From Pasteurellaceae bacterium (GTDB lineage: Bacteria > Pseudomonadota > Gammaproteobacteria > Enterobacterales > Pasteurellaceae), in contig JAUNAB010000003.1 of assembly GCA_030527795.1 (NCBI GenBank), forward strand, positions 53,959 to 117,958: a stretch of 64,000 bases of DNA, given 5' to 3'. The notes beneath the pieces are model-generated. The model ran no database searches, was not told the DNA's origin, and saw only the letters and a list, made by a program, of their open reading frames with translations. A program made the position numbers and the translations under genes. How positions within the stretch are numbered: the stretch's first letter is position 1; every line of letters begins with the position of its first letter. Below, piece by piece: positions 33,155-44,156 of this stretch.

Positions 33155-34317
33155 TGAAACATTTTGATCTCGTGATTATCGGTGCTGGTATGGTTGGACT
33201 GGCATTAGCGGCTCAGTTAAAAAACAGTTCGTTGAATATTGCCTTGATAGAACAGGCAGAGCCACATATTCCCCCTGAACAGATCAGTTATCGCGTCAGT
33301 GCGTTAAATTTAGCTAGCGAGAAACTTCTGCGTGATGTTGGTTCGTGGCAACACATAAACCGAGCAACGCCTTATCAAACAATGAAGGTTTGGGAGCAAG
33401 ATAGTTTTGCGAAAATTGACTTTGATGGACAATCACTTGGGCGTGATCATCTTGGACATATCGTAGAAAATCACCTTATTCAACGTGCCCTTTGGCAACA
33501 AGTTGAGCAACAGAATAATGCCCAAATTTATTTTGGCGTGCCACAGCAAGTTGCGGTGAACGAGAATCACGCAATGTTGATCTTACAAAATGGCACGATG
33601 CTGACGAGCAAACTGATTGTTGGAGCAGATGGCGCGCATTCTTGGCTACGCAAACAAGCTGATATTCCGCTGACTTTTCGTGATTATGGGCATTACGCAC
33701 TGGTGTGTAATGTGCAAACGGACGAACCTCATCAACATTGCTCGCGTCAAATTTTTTCGCCTGATAGCGTATTAGCCTTTTTACCCTTACATCAAGCCAA
33801 TCTTTGTTCAATCGTGTGGTCGCTACCGCCCGAACAGGCACAAGCGTTAAAAGTGATGGACGACAACGAATTTAATAAAATGTTAAGCGTAGCATTTGAT
33901 CAACAGCTAGGACGTTGCCAAGTTCAAACTGAACGCCAAATTTATCCGCTAACGGCACGTTATGCCCGTAATTTTGCTCAACCGCGAATTGCATTGATCG
34001 GCGATGCTGCCCACACCATTCATCCTTTAGCAGGGCTTGGCGTTAATCTTGGTTTTCAAGATGCCATCCTTCTTGCCGAGCAACTTGAACAATATCATCA
34101 GCAAGCCTTGGATATCGGGCTATATCGTCATTTACGTTATTTTGAACGTCAACGCAAAACGGAAGCCGTCAAATATCTTCTCGCAATGCAAGGATTGAAA
34201 GACCTTTTCAGCGGTGATAATCCCGTGAAGAAATTGATCCGCGGTATTGGACTAACGGCAACTAATCAGCTAGAAATCGTTAAAGATCAATTTATAAAAC
34301 AGGCTTTGGGGCTATAA
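33154..34317 (+). CDS. ubiI: 2-octaprenylphenol hydroxylase (UbiI/VisC)
   Basis: MKHFDLVIIGAGMVGLALAAQL. The ATG overlaps the ubiH stop (TAATG). The ORF track's alternative start is 33145. Confidence 0.85.
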   Translation: MKHFDLVIIGAGMVGLALAAQLKNSSLNIALIEQAEPHIPPEQISYRVSALNLASEKLLRDVGSWQHINRATPYQTMKVWEQDSFAKIDFDGQSLGRDHLGHIVENHLIQRALWQQVEQQNNAQIYFGVPQQVAVNENHAMLILQNGTMLTSKLIVGADGAHSWLRKQADIPLTFRDYGHYALVCNVQTDEPHQHCSRQIFSPDSVLAFLPLHQANLCSIVWSLPPEQAQALKVMDDNEFNKMLSVAFDQQLGRCQVQTERQIYPLTARYARNFAQPRIALIGDAAHTIHPLAGLGVNLGFQDAILLAEQLEQYHQQALDIGLYRHLRYFERQRKTEAVKYLLAMQGLKDLFSGDNPVKKLIRGIGLTATNQLEIVKDQFIKQALGL

Positions 34318-34358
34318 ACCACGGTCAAAATTTCGTTCGTTTTTTTGAGCGCGGTTTT
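34317..34358 (+). terminator. Degenerate USS-like pair terminator (aaccacggtcaaaatttcgttcgtttttttgagcgcggtttt)
   Basis: Inverted repeat with a T-run after ubiI. Confidence 0.55.
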
Positions 34359-34470
34359 GTGCCAATAACCCCACATTATTTCCATTTCATTGACAATCTT
34401 TCAACAATTTGTATATTTATCAAATATTATTAAATGATTACAATACTCCCACATTAAACATTGAGGAGAA

Positions 34471-35166
34471 ATGAATATGTTACAAATTCGTAGAGCAAAT
34501 GAACGTGGACAAGTTAATCACGGTTGGCTTAATGCAAATCACAGTTTTTCATTTGGGCGTTATTATGATCCGAATTGGATGGGATTTTCAGATTTACGTG
34601 TGATAAATGAAGATCGCATTGCACCAAACAAGGGGTTTGGTATGCACCCACACGACAATATGGAAATTTTGACTTATGTGCTAAGTGGTTGCATTGAGCA
34701 TCAAGATAGTATGGGAAATATTGAACAAGTGCCTGCGGGGGAATTTCAGATTATGTCTGCGGGCAGCGGGGTGTATCATTCCGAGGTTAATCCAAGTGAT
34801 CGTGATACGTTGCATTTGTATCAAATATGGATTTTGCCGAATGAGCAAAATATTGCGCCACGCTATGCTCAACGGGCTTTCCCAGATCAAATTGGTGGCA
34901 CATTGATTTTATCGCCTAATGCACAACAGGGATCGTTTAAGGTTTATCAAGATATGTATTTATGGCGTTATCAATATGATGCTCAGCAACAGGTGGAAAT
35001 TGCACTTAATCCACAACGCGCTTATTGGTTGCAAGTGGTGAAAGGGGAATTATCAGTGAATGGTGTTGTATTGAATGAAAGTGATGCCTTGGCATTTCGC
35101 CAAGAAACCTTGGCACAGATCACGACATCAACACAAACGGAATTTCTGTTATTTGATTTAGCGTAA
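34471..35166 (+). CDS. Pirin-family protein (YhhW-like quercetinase)
   Basis: Cupin motifs HPHDNMEILTYVLSG and SGVYHSE. Confidence 0.85.
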   Translation: MNMLQIRRANERGQVNHGWLNANHSFSFGRYYDPNWMGFSDLRVINEDRIAPNKGFGMHPHDNMEILTYVLSGCIEHQDSMGNIEQVPAGEFQIMSAGSGVYHSEVNPSDRDTLHLYQIWILPNEQNIAPRYAQRAFPDQIGGTLILSPNAQQGSFKVYQDMYLWRYQYDAQQQVEIALNPQRAYWLQVVKGELSVNGVVLNESDALAFRQETLAQITTSTQTEFLLFDLA

Positions 35167-35170
35167 CGAG

Positions 35171-35210
35171 GTTACCGCGGTCAAAATTTAACGCGTTTTT
35201 GACCGCGGTA
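35171..35210. terminator. Bidirectional USS-like pair (ttaccgcggtcaaaatttaacgcgtttttgaccgcggtaa)
   Basis: Lies between the convergent pirin gene and deoD. Confidence 0.6.
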
Positions 35211-35217
35211 ATGGGGA

Positions 35218-35934
35218 TTATTGTTGATCGCCGATTAATACGGATTCTAATGCGATTTCAATCATTTCATTGAAGGTTAATTGACGTTCTTCTGAAGTGG
35301 TTTGTTCACCACTGCGAATGTGATCGGATACGGTACAAATGGCTAATGCTTTGGCACCAAATTCGGCAGCAACACCATAAATTCCCGCAGCTTCCATTTC
35401 AACGCCTAAGATGCCATATTTTTCCATTACATCAAACATTTGTGGATCGGGCGTATAGAATAAATCGGCAGAAAATAAATTGCCTACACGCACGTTAACG
35501 CCTTTTTGTTTTGCAGCTTGTACTGCAGCTTGCGTCATTTCAAAATCAGCGATTGCTGCAAAATCGTTGTCTTTAAAGCGAATTCGGTTAACTTTTGAAT
35601 CGGTACAAGCCCCTAATCCAATCACGACATCACGCAATTTCACATCTGAACGTACTGCACCACAAGATCCAACGCGAATAATTTTTTGCACGCCATATTC
35701 AGTGATTAATTCTTTCGCATAAATTGAACAAGAAGGGATACCCATTCCGTGACCCATCACAGAAACTCGGCGGCCTTTGTAAAAACCTGTATAACCAAGC
35801 ATATTGCGAACATCTGTCACTTGTGTTGCCTGTTCTAAAAAGGTTTCGGCAATGTATTTGGCACGAAGTGGATCGCCTGGCATTAATACTACATCAGCAA
35901 ATGCCCCTGCGGGTGCGTTGATATGTGGAGTCAT
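35218..35934 (-). CDS. deoD: Purine nucleoside phosphorylase
   Basis: [33 protein letters not shown]. Confidence 0.95.
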   Translation of the reverse strand: MTPHINAPAGAFADVVLMPGDPLRAKYIAETFLEQATQVTDVRNMLGYTGFYKGRRVSVMGHGMGIPSCSIYAKELITEYGVQKIIRVGSCGAVRSDVKLRDVVIGLGACTDSKVNRIRFKDNDFAAIADFEMTQAAVQAAKQKGVNVRVGNLFSADLFYTPDPQMFDVMEKYGILGVEMEAAGIYGVAAEFGAKALAICTVSDHIRSGEQTTSEERQLTFNEMIEIALESVLIGDQQ

Positions 35935-36026
35935 AGTTCAGTCCTCTTTTATGTATGATTAAATTGATAGAAAAAACACCACGAGAAATGTGGTGTTTAG
36001 TTTTCATTAATTATAGCGGATTTTAT

Positions 36027-37271
36027 TTATAATGTAACGCCACTTAATTCAATAAATAAGCCTGCGATTGTTGCACTTAATAGGTTAGATAATGAACCTG
36101 CGATAACCGCACGGATACCCATACTTGCAATGTCGCCACGGCGATTTGGTGCCATACCGCCTAAGCCACCAATTAAGATCGCGATTGAACTGAAGTTAGC
36201 AAAACCACAAAGTGCAAAAGTAATAATAGCTTTGGTTTTTTCGCTTAAAATCATTGGTGCATCTGGAGTTAAATATTTCGCTAATTCTTGGTAACCCACG
36301 AATTCATTAATCGCTAATTTAAAACCGATCATTTGTCCTGCAATCGCAGATTCATTCCAAGGCACACCAATTACCCAAGCTAATGGCTTGAAGATCCAAC
36401 CGAAAATTAAGCCTAATGATAAATCTGGTAAGTCAAACCAACCACCGATACCGCCTAAGATACCATTGATTAATGCGATTAAGGCAACGAATGCAATTAA
36501 CATCGCACCAACGTTTAAGGCTAAGTGCATACCTGCGCCTGCGCCTGCTGCCGCTGCATCTAAAACGTTAGCGGGTTTTTCATCATCTTCAGCTTGTTTA
36601 ATGTCATCATTAAATTTTTCAGTTTGTGGATGCATTAATTTCGCGAATAATAGACCGCCTGGTGCCGCCATAAATGATGCGGCGATAAGATAAGGTAATG
36701 GGACACCCATTCCTGCGTAACCCGCCATTACTGCACCTGCGATTGATGCTAAACCACCACACATAATCGCAAATAACTCAGATTGGGTCATTTTGCTAAT
36801 GTAAGGTTTAACGATTAATGGTGCTTCAGTTTGACCAACGAAGATGTTTGCTGCGGCAGACATGGATTCTGCACGTGAGGTGCGTAATAATTTTTGTAAT
36901 CCACCACCGATAATTTTAATTACCCATTGCATTACACCAACGTAATATAAAACAGAAATTAGAGCAGAGAAGAATACGATAGTTGGTAGTACTTTCACCG
37001 CAAAAATGAAACCTGCATTGCCTTGTGCTAAACCACCAAATACAAAGTCAATCCCTTCATTTCCATAGGAAATAACTTTACTTACGCCATTACTCACCCA
37101 TTCAAGGGCTTCACGTCCAGCAGGCACATATAAAATCAATGCACCGATTAATATTTGGATTGCAAGGGCACCAAAAACAGTACGGAAATTGACCGCTTTA
37201 CGGTTGTTAGAAAGAAGATAAGCGATACCGAGTAATACAACGATACCTAAAAGACTAATTAGAACAGACAT
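36027..37271 (-). CDS. nupC: Concentrative nucleoside transporter (NupC family)
   Basis: Collinear with E. coli NupC. A terminator hairpin lies at about 35968-36000. Confidence 0.9.
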   Translation of the reverse strand: MSVLISLLGIVVLLGIAYLLSNNRKAVNFRTVFGALAIQILIGALILYVPAGREALEWVSNGVSKVISYGNEGIDFVFGGLAQGNAGFIFAVKVLPTIVFFSALISVLYYVGVMQWVIKIIGGGLQKLLRTSRAESMSAAANIFVGQTEAPLIVKPYISKMTQSELFAIMCGGLASIAGAVMAGYAGMGVPLPYLIAASFMAAPGGLLFAKLMHPQTEKFNDDIKQAEDDEKPANVLDAAAAGAGAGMHLALNVGAMLIAFVALIALINGILGGIGGWFDLPDLSLGLIFGWIFKPLAWVIGVPWNESAIAGQMIGFKLAINEFVGYQELAKYLTPDAPMILSEKTKAIITFALCGFANFSSIAILIGGLGGMAPNRRGDIASMGIRAVIAGSLSNLLSATIAGLFIELSGVTL

Positions 37272-37436
37272 ATATGAACCTCAGTGAAAAAATTTTGCCA
37301 AGTTTACAAAAGTTCGCCAAAATTTACCATAATTTATTATAGCTTTTTCATAAATAAACGTTTGCGTCCATATATTATTCAATTTTATCTAAATAAAAGG
37401 GGCATAATGCCCCTTTTTCTCTATTTGCTAAAATGA

Positions 37437-39491
37437 TTATTTAACTCGATCGCCTGCTTTTGCACCTTGATCCACATCTAATAAGAAAAGATCTGAACCG
37501 CCCGTTCCTGCGGATAAAATCATCCCTTCCGATAGACCAAATTTCATTTTGCGTGGAGCGAGATTAGCCACAACAATCACATTACGCCCGATCAATTTTT
37601 CAGGTTCAGGGTACGCCGCTTTAATTCCCGAAAAAACTTGGCGAGTTTCATTACCTAAATCTAAGATAAATTTTAACAATTTATTGCTTTCAGGTACGGC
37701 TTCGCAACTAATCACTTTTGCGATGCGTAAATCCAATTTAGCAAATTCATCAATGCTAATTTCAGGTTCAATAGGTTCAATTTCTGCATCAGAAACAACG
37801 TTATTTTTGACCGCGGTATTACTCTGATTTTGGCTAATTTGGGCATTTTCAGCTTTGGAGGCTTCAATCATTGTGTCAATTTGTTTGCTATCAAGGCGAT
37901 TAAATAAGGCTTTAAATGGTGCGATTGAGTGAGCAAGAAGCGGATGAGTTAAATTATCCCAAGTCAATTCACTTTGTAAGAACGCTTCTGCACGTTCAGC
38001 AAGTTGCGGTAATACAGGTTTTAAGTAGCCCATTAATACGCGGAATAATTGAATACCCATTGAGCAAACACGTTGTAATTCATCCTCTTTCCCTTCTTGT
38101 TTAGCCAATACCCAAGGGGCTTTATCATCAATATATTTATTGGCTTTGTCGGTCAATGCCATAATATCACGCACCGCTTTGCCGAATTCACGATTTTCGT
38201 AATATTGTGCGATTTGTTCTGCTTGAGCAGTAAATTCATTAAATAGAGCTGAGTCATCTAATTCTGCTGAAAGTTTGCCGTCAAAACGTTTTTGGATAAA
38301 CCCTGCATTACGTGATGCGAGATTGACTAATTTATTGACAATATCCGTATTGACACGTTGGACAAAATCATCAAGATTTAAATCTAAATCATCAATTTTA
38401 TGGCTTAATTTTGCCGCATAATAGTAACGTAAGCATTCAGGATCGAGATGTTTTAAATAAGTCGCCGCTTGAATGAATGTGCCACGGGATTTTGACATTT
38501 TCTCGCCATTAACAGTAACATAGCCGTGAACAAACACATTGGTTGGTTTGCGAAGTGATGCTCCGTCTAACATTGCAGGCCAAAATAAGCTGTGGAAATA
38601 CATAATATCTTTACCGATAAAATGATAAAGCTCCGTTGGGCTTTCTTTTTGCCAGAAGTGGTTAAAGTCAATGTCGCCACGTTTGTTACATAAATTTTTA
38701 AACGATGCCATATAACCGATAGGTGCATCAAGCCAAACATAAAAATATTTATTCGGTTGATCGGGAATTTCAAAACCAAAATAAGGGGCATCACGGGAAA
38801 TATCCCATTGTTGCAAGCCAGCTTCAAACCATTCTTGCATTTTATTTGCCACTTCTGTTTGCAAACTGCCTGAACGAATCCACTCTTTTAACATTGGTTC
38901 AAAGGTCGGCAAATCAAAAAAGAAATGTTCACTTTCTTTGAGAATTGGCGTTGCCCCCGATACCGCGGATCGTGGGTTAATCAATTCCATTGGGCTATAT
39001 GTTGCGGCACAGACTTCACAGTTGTCACCGTACTGATCAGGTGCTTTACATTTTGGACAAGTGCCTTTGACGAAACGATCGGGTAAAAACATCCCTTTTT
39101 CTGGATCGTAGAGTTGTGAAATGGTTCGGCTTTTGATAAACCCATTGGTTTTTAATTGGCGATAAATTGCTTGAGAAAGTTCCAAATTTTCTGTGCTGTG
39201 CGTGGAATGATAATTATCAAAGCTGATATTAAATCCACGGAAATCTGCATAATGGCTTTGTTGCACTTCGGCGATAAGTTGCTCTGGTGTGATGCCCATT
39301 TGATCGGCTTTAAGCATAATGGGCGTGCCGTGCGCATCATCCGCACAGACAAAATAAATTTCATTGCCACGCATACGTTGAAAGCGTACCCAAATATCGG
39401 CTTGAATATGTTCGAGCATATGCCCTAAGTGGATTGGACCATTGGCATAGGGTAACGCACAGGTAACCAAAATTTGACGTGAATGAGACAT
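37437..39491 (-). CDS. metG: Methionyl-tRNA synthetase
   Basis: HIGH motif ([14 protein letters not shown]), KMSKS and a C-terminal EMAP/tRNA-binding domain. A terminator hairpin aaaaggggcataatgcccctttttc lies at about 37398-37424. Confidence 0.95.
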   Translation of the reverse strand: MSHSRQILVTCALPYANGPIHLGHMLEHIQADIWVRFQRMRGNEIYFVCADDAHGTPIMLKADQMGITPEQLIAEVQQSHYADFRGFNISFDNYHSTHSTENLELSQAIYRQLKTNGFIKSRTISQLYDPEKGMFLPDRFVKGTCPKCKAPDQYGDNCEVCAATYSPMELINPRSAVSGATPILKESEHFFFDLPTFEPMLKEWIRSGSLQTEVANKMQEWFEAGLQQWDISRDAPYFGFEIPDQPNKYFYVWLDAPIGYMASFKNLCNKRGDIDFNHFWQKESPTELYHFIGKDIMYFHSLFWPAMLDGASLRKPTNVFVHGYVTVNGEKMSKSRGTFIQAATYLKHLDPECLRYYYAAKLSHKIDDLDLNLDDFVQRVNTDIVNKLVNLASRNAGFIQKRFDGKLSAELDDSALFNEFTAQAEQIAQYYENREFGKAVRDIMALTDKANKYIDDKAPWVLAKQEGKEDELQRVCSMGIQLFRVLMGYLKPVLPQLAERAEAFLQSELTWDNLTHPLLAHSIAPFKALFNRLDSKQIDTMIEASKAENAQISQNQSNTAVKNNVVSDAEIEPIEPEISIDEFAKLDLRIAKVISCEAVPESNKLLKFILDLGNETRQVFSGIKAAYPEPEKLIGRNVIVVANLAPRKMKFGLSEGMILSAGTGGSDLFLLDVDQGAKAGDRVK

Positions 39492-39705
39492 AAGATAAAC
39501 CTATAAAAGAAATAAAAATAATGCCGTATATTAACCTATCAACGGTATTTTTTCTAGTTTAACCATTTTTTGCTTAACAATAAATTTTAGTCGCGGTTAT
39601 AATAGTTCATAAATACCCAATTAATTTACTCAGTTATAATGAACTTGCTCTTAAAATAAGGATAAGTCAGTAATTAAGTGAGAAATAAAATATAAAGGAC
39701 AGTTT

Positions 39706-40818
39706 ATGGCAATCCATTTTTCAGCCAATTTAAGTGCTGAACAGCAAACAACGATCACTCAACTTTTCCAAACTTTTCAACACCCTAGCTTACAAAAAGA
39801 TTTAATTGCGTTAAATGCGGTCAAAAAAGTTGAAAAAGGTGGCAATACTTTACGCATTGAAATCACAATGCCATTTGCGTGGAATACAGGATTTGAACAA
39901 TTAAAACAAGCCGTTAGTGATAAGTTACAACAAATAGCAGATTGTACCGAAATTAAATGGCACTTAACCTATCAAATTGCGACTTTAAAACGTGCGAATG
40001 CACATCCTGCGGTAAAAGGAGTAAAAAATATTATTGCTGTTACTTCAGGCAAAGGTGGAGTTGGTAAATCCAGTGTAACGGTGAATTTAGCCTTAGCATT
40101 ACAAGCTCAAGGAGCGAGAGTCGGAATTTTAGACGCGGATATTTATGGCCCTTCCATTCCGCATATGCTTGGCGTGCCTAATGAACGTCCGACTTCGCCC
40201 GACAATCAACATATTGTGCCAATTCAAGCCCACGGTTTGTTTGCTAATTCTATTGGTTTTTTAATGGAAGCCGATAATGCAACCATTTGGCGTGGCCCAA
40301 TGGCCAGTAGTGCATTAAGCCAGTTACTAAATGAAACCTTATGGCCCGATTTAGATTATTTAGTGATTGATATGCCACCAGGAACGGGCGATATTCAGTT
40401 AACTCTATCACAACAAATTCCCGTAACTGGTGCGGTTGTCGTCACTACGCCACAAGATATTGCCTTGCTTGATGCGATTAAAGGGATCGCAATGTTCAAC
40501 AAAGTGAAGGTACCCGTTTTGGGAATTATTGAAAATATGTCAATGCATATTTGTAGCCATTGTGGTCATCAGGAAGCGATTTTTGGCACAGGCGGTGCGG
40601 AGAAAATTGCACAGAAATATCAGGTGGACGTTATTGGGCAGTTGCCACTTCATCTGCGTTTACGCCAAGATCTTGATCAAGGCGTACCGACCGTAGTTGC
40701 TGCCCCAGACCACGAAATTTCACACGCCTTTTTACAATTAGCGGAAAAAGTCGCCACCGAATTGTATTGGCAGGGTTCGGTTATTCCAAGCGAAATTTTA
40801 TTCCGTGAAGTCAAATAA
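39706..40818 (+). CDS. apbC: Fe-S cluster carrier ATPase ApbC/Mrp
   Basis: Walker A GKGGVGKSS and a C-terminal CxxC. It is divergent from metG, as in E. coli. Confidence 0.9.
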   Translation: MAIHFSANLSAEQQTTITQLFQTFQHPSLQKDLIALNAVKKVEKGGNTLRIEITMPFAWNTGFEQLKQAVSDKLQQIADCTEIKWHLTYQIATLKRANAHPAVKGVKNIIAVTSGKGGVGKSSVTVNLALALQAQGARVGILDADIYGPSIPHMLGVPNERPTSPDNQHIVPIQAHGLFANSIGFLMEADNATIWRGPMASSALSQLLNETLWPDLDYLVIDMPPGTGDIQLTLSQQIPVTGAVVVTTPQDIALLDAIKGIAMFNKVKVPVLGIIENMSMHICSHCGHQEAIFGTGGAEKIAQKYQVDVIGQLPLHLRLRQDLDQGVPTVVAAPDHEISHAFLQLAEKVATELYWQGSVIPSEILFREVK

Positions 40819-40841
40819 AGGGAAGTGAGCCGATTGTTCTC

Positions 40842-40883
40842 AACCCGCGGTCAAAAAATTCAGCGTTTTTTTGACCGCGGTAA
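40842..40883 (+). terminator. USS-like pair terminator after apbC
   Basis: aacccgcggtcaaaaaattcagcgtttttttgaccgcggtaa. Confidence 0.6.
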
Positions 40884-40973
40884 GCGGTATTTATCCCATT
40901 TTCTGCTATAAATTGGCAGCAAAATAAGCTATAATCAAGGAATATTGTATTATCATTATTTTAAGGAATTAGC

Positions 40974-41435
40974 GTGACGACTGAAAATAGACCTGCGCGT
41001 ATCATTGAAGCCAGTGAGATTATGACATTATTACCACACCGTTATCCATTTTTATTAGTTGATCGTGTGGTGGATTATCAGGAAGGTGAATGGTTGAAAG
41101 CCATTAAAAATGTCAGCGTAAATGAGCCTTGTTTTACAGGACATTTTCCTGAACAGCCTGTTTTCCCTGGAGTATTGATTTTAGAAGCGATGGCGCAAGC
41201 AACAGGTGTACTTGCTTGTAAAACCTATCGTCCATTAGAGAATGAACTTTATTATTTTGCGGCGATTGATAATGCCCGTTTCCGCCGCCCAGTTTTTCCT
41301 GGCGACCGAATGGAATTAGAAGTCCGCTTTATGGCTGAACGCCGTGGTGTTACCCGTTTTTCTGGCGTGGCAACTGTAGATGGCAAAGTGGTTTGTGAAG
41401 CGGAATTAATGTGTGCACGTCGTGCAAAACAATAA
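40974..41435 (+). CDS. fabZ: 3-hydroxyacyl-ACP dehydratase
   Basis: [14 protein letters not shown]...[10 protein letters not shown] matches FabZ. Confidence 0.95.
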   Translation: MTTENRPARIIEASEIMTLLPHRYPFLLVDRVVDYQEGEWLKAIKNVSVNEPCFTGHFPEQPVFPGVLILEAMAQATGVLACKTYRPLENELYYFAAIDNARFRRPVFPGDRMELEVRFMAERRGVTRFSGVATVDGKVVCEAELMCARRAKQ

Positions 41436-41453
41436 GACAAATAAGGAAGAACT

Positions 41454-42242
41454 ATGATTCACCCAAGTGCAAAAATTCATCCCACTGCGATAGTGGAAGA
41501 AGGGGCGATTATCGCTGAGAACGTGGTAATTGGTCCGTTTTGTCTTGTTGGTGCGCAAGTTGAAATTGGTAAAGGCACCGTGTTACATTCGCATATCGTG
41601 GTGAAAGGTATCACGAAAATTAGCGAAGATAACCAAATTTTCCAAGGCGCAAGCATTGGTGAAGTGAACCAAGATTTAAAATATCAAGGTGAGCCAACGC
41701 AAGTTATTATTGGCTCGCGTAATCGCATTCGTGAGCATGTTACGATTCACCGTGGTACCGTACAAGGCGGTGGTATTACGCAGATCGGAGATGATAATTT
41801 GTTTATGGTTAATGTACACGTTGCTCACGACTGCCAAATTAAAAATCGTTGTATTTTAGCAAATAACGCGACTCTAGCAGGTCACGTTGAACTTGATGAT
41901 TTTGTGATTGTTGGCGGTATGTCTGCCATTCATCAATTCGTGATTATTGGTGCACACGTGATGTTAGGCGGTGGTTCAATGGTAAGCCAAGATGTGCCAC
42001 CTTATGTGATGGCACAAGGCAATCACGCTCGCCCTTTTGGTGTGAATATTGAAGGCTTAAAACGTCGCGGTTTTGATAAAGCAACTTTGCACACCATTCG
42101 CAATGTGTATAAATTGATCTATCGTAGCGAACGCACACTAGATGATGTGATGCCCGAAATTGAGCAACTTGCTGAAAAAGAATCAGCAATTAGCTTTTTC
42201 GTGGAATTTTTTAAACGTTCAACCCGCGGTATTATTCGCTAA
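41454..42242 (+). CDS. lpxA: UDP-N-acetylglucosamine acyltransferase
   Basis: Hexapeptide-repeat LpxA starting [20 protein letters not shown]. Confidence 0.95.
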   Translation: MIHPSAKIHPTAIVEEGAIIAENVVIGPFCLVGAQVEIGKGTVLHSHIVVKGITKISEDNQIFQGASIGEVNQDLKYQGEPTQVIIGSRNRIREHVTIHRGTVQGGGITQIGDDNLFMVNVHVAHDCQIKNRCILANNATLAGHVELDDFVIVGGMSAIHQFVIIGAHVMLGGGSMVSQDVPPYVMAQGNHARPFGVNIEGLKRRGFDKATLHTIRNVYKLIYRSERTLDDVMPEIEQLAEKESAISFFVEFFKRSTRGIIR

Positions 42243-42313
42243 TACTGCACGTTTGGAATGAAGGATTATCCAATAACCGCGTTTTACCGCGGTTATTTTT
42301 TTGAGAGTTTTTT

Positions 42314-43504
42314 ATGAGTGAAATAGCAAAACAACCCCGTCAACATTCTCCTTTAATTGCTGTTGTTGCAGGGGAAGTGTCGGGCGATATTTTGGGGGCA
42401 GGGCTAATCCGTGCGTTGAAAATACGTTATCCAAATGCCCGTTTTATTGGTATTGCAGGTGAACAAATGATCGCTGAAGGTTGCGAAACCTTAGTGGATA
42501 TGGAAGCGTTATCAGTGATGGGCTTAGTGGAAGTGCTAAAACACTTGCCACGTTTATTAAAAATTCGCAAGCAGCTTATTCAAACAATGTTGCGAGAAAG
42601 ACCTGATATTTTTATTGGAATTGACGCCCCTGATTTTAATTTATATGTTGAACAACAACTGAAAAAATCAGGGATTAAAACCATTCATTATGTCAGCCCA
42701 TCAGTATGGGCGTGGCGACAAGGGCGTGTGCATAAAATTGCGGCGGCAACGGATTTAGTATTAGCCTTTTTGCCATTTGAAAAAGCATTTTATGATCGTT
42801 TTAATGTACCTTGCCGTTTTATCGGGCATACGATGGCAGACGCGATTGCGTTAAAACCTAATCGTAATGAAGCTTGCCAGCTACTGAAACTTGATTCAAA
42901 CCAACGTTACCTTGCGATTTTAGTGGGGAGTCGTGCATCAGAACTGACCTTTTTAGCCGAACCTTTTTTACAAACCGCATTATTGCTCAAACAACGTTAT
43001 CCCGATTTGCAATTTTTATTACCAATGGTCAATGAAAAACGTCGGCAACAGTTTGAACAAATTAAAGCAAAAATTGCCCCCGAGTTAGATCTGATTTTGC
43101 TCAACGGTCAAGCTCGCCAAGCGATGATTGTTGCGGAAGCCACTTTACTTGCCTCAGGTACCTCATCACTAGAAGCAATGCTATGTAAATCGCCAATGGT
43201 GGTGGGCTATAAAATGAAATCAACTACGTATTTCTTGGCTAAGCGTTTAGTGAAAACGCCTTATATTTCATTGCCTAACTTATTAGCCAATGAAATGCTA
43301 GTGCCTGAAATGATCCAACAAGATTGTGAACCGCAGAAACTAGCAGAATTATTAAGCCAATATCTCGCACAAGATGAAATAGCACAGGAACAGCGATCTC
43401 GTTTATTACAACGCTTTACTGAGTTACATCAGCAAATACAATGTAATGCAGATGAACAAGCCGCACAAGCGGTTGTGGATGTTTTAGAAGGGAAGACGGT
43501 ATGA
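42314..43504 (+). CDS. lpxB: Lipid-A-disaccharide synthase
   Basis: Collinear with LpxB in the conserved fabZ-lpxA-lpxB-rnhB order. A hairpin, ataaccgcgttttaccgcggttattttt, lies at 42272-42300 between lpxA and lpxB. Confidence 0.9.
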   Translation: MSEIAKQPRQHSPLIAVVAGEVSGDILGAGLIRALKIRYPNARFIGIAGEQMIAEGCETLVDMEALSVMGLVEVLKHLPRLLKIRKQLIQTMLRERPDIFIGIDAPDFNLYVEQQLKKSGIKTIHYVSPSVWAWRQGRVHKIAAATDLVLAFLPFEKAFYDRFNVPCRFIGHTMADAIALKPNRNEACQLLKLDSNQRYLAILVGSRASELTFLAEPFLQTALLLKQRYPDLQFLLPMVNEKRRQQFEQIKAKIAPELDLILLNGQARQAMIVAEATLLASGTSSLEAMLCKSPMVVGYKMKSTTYFLAKRLVKTPYISLPNLLANEMLVPEMIQQDCEPQKLAELLSQYLAQDEIAQEQRSRLLQRFTELHQQIQCNADEQAAQAVVDVLEGKTV

Positions 43505-44118
43505 CGGGATTCGTGTATCCTAAACAAGTGGGATTAATTGCGGGCGTTGATGAAGTAGGGCGTGGGCCATTAATCGGGGCAGTGGTAACTGCAGCAGTAA
43601 TTTTAGACCCTAATCAACCGATTTTGGGCTTAGCCGATAGCAAAAAGTTAACGGAAAAAAAACGGCTTTCTTTAGCAGAAGAAATTAAACAAAAAGCATT
43701 ATGTTGGGCGTTAGGTCGTGCGGAAGCCGATGAAATTGATCGGTTAAATATTTTGCACGCCAGTTTGTTAGCAATGCAACGTGCGGTAGATAATTTGACA
43801 ATTTCGCCTGATTTTGTGTTAGTTGATGGCAACAAAATTCCGCCTAATTTGGCAATGCCCGCAAAAGCGGTGGTAAAAGGCGACAGTTTAGTTGCTGAAA
43901 TCAGTGCGGCATCAATTTTGGCAAAAGTTGCACGAGATCAAGAAATGATCGAGTTAGATAAGCATTATCCACAATATGCATTTGCACAGCATAAAGGTTA
44001 CCCAACCCAATTACATTTAGAAAAACTTGCTCAATTTGGTGCGTTGCCTGAACATCGGCGAAGTTTTGCCCCTGTACGCAAAATAATCGAATTGACAACG
44101 ATAGCGTATAACCTTTAG
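43501..44118 (+). CDS. rnhB: Ribonuclease HII
   Basis: [19 protein letters not shown] is the RNase HII active-site region. Confidence 0.95.
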   Translation: MTGFVYPKQVGLIAGVDEVGRGPLIGAVVTAAVILDPNQPILGLADSKKLTEKKRLSLAEEIKQKALCWALGRAEADEIDRLNILHASLLAMQRAVDNLTISPDFVLVDGNKIPPNLAMPAKAVVKGDSLVAEISAASILAKVARDQEMIELDKHYPQYAFAQHKGYPTQLHLEKLAQFGALPEHRRSFAPVRKIIELTTIAYNL

Positions 44119-44156
44119 AGTATTAGGCAATTTGCTCAAGCAATTAGGAGTGTGAA

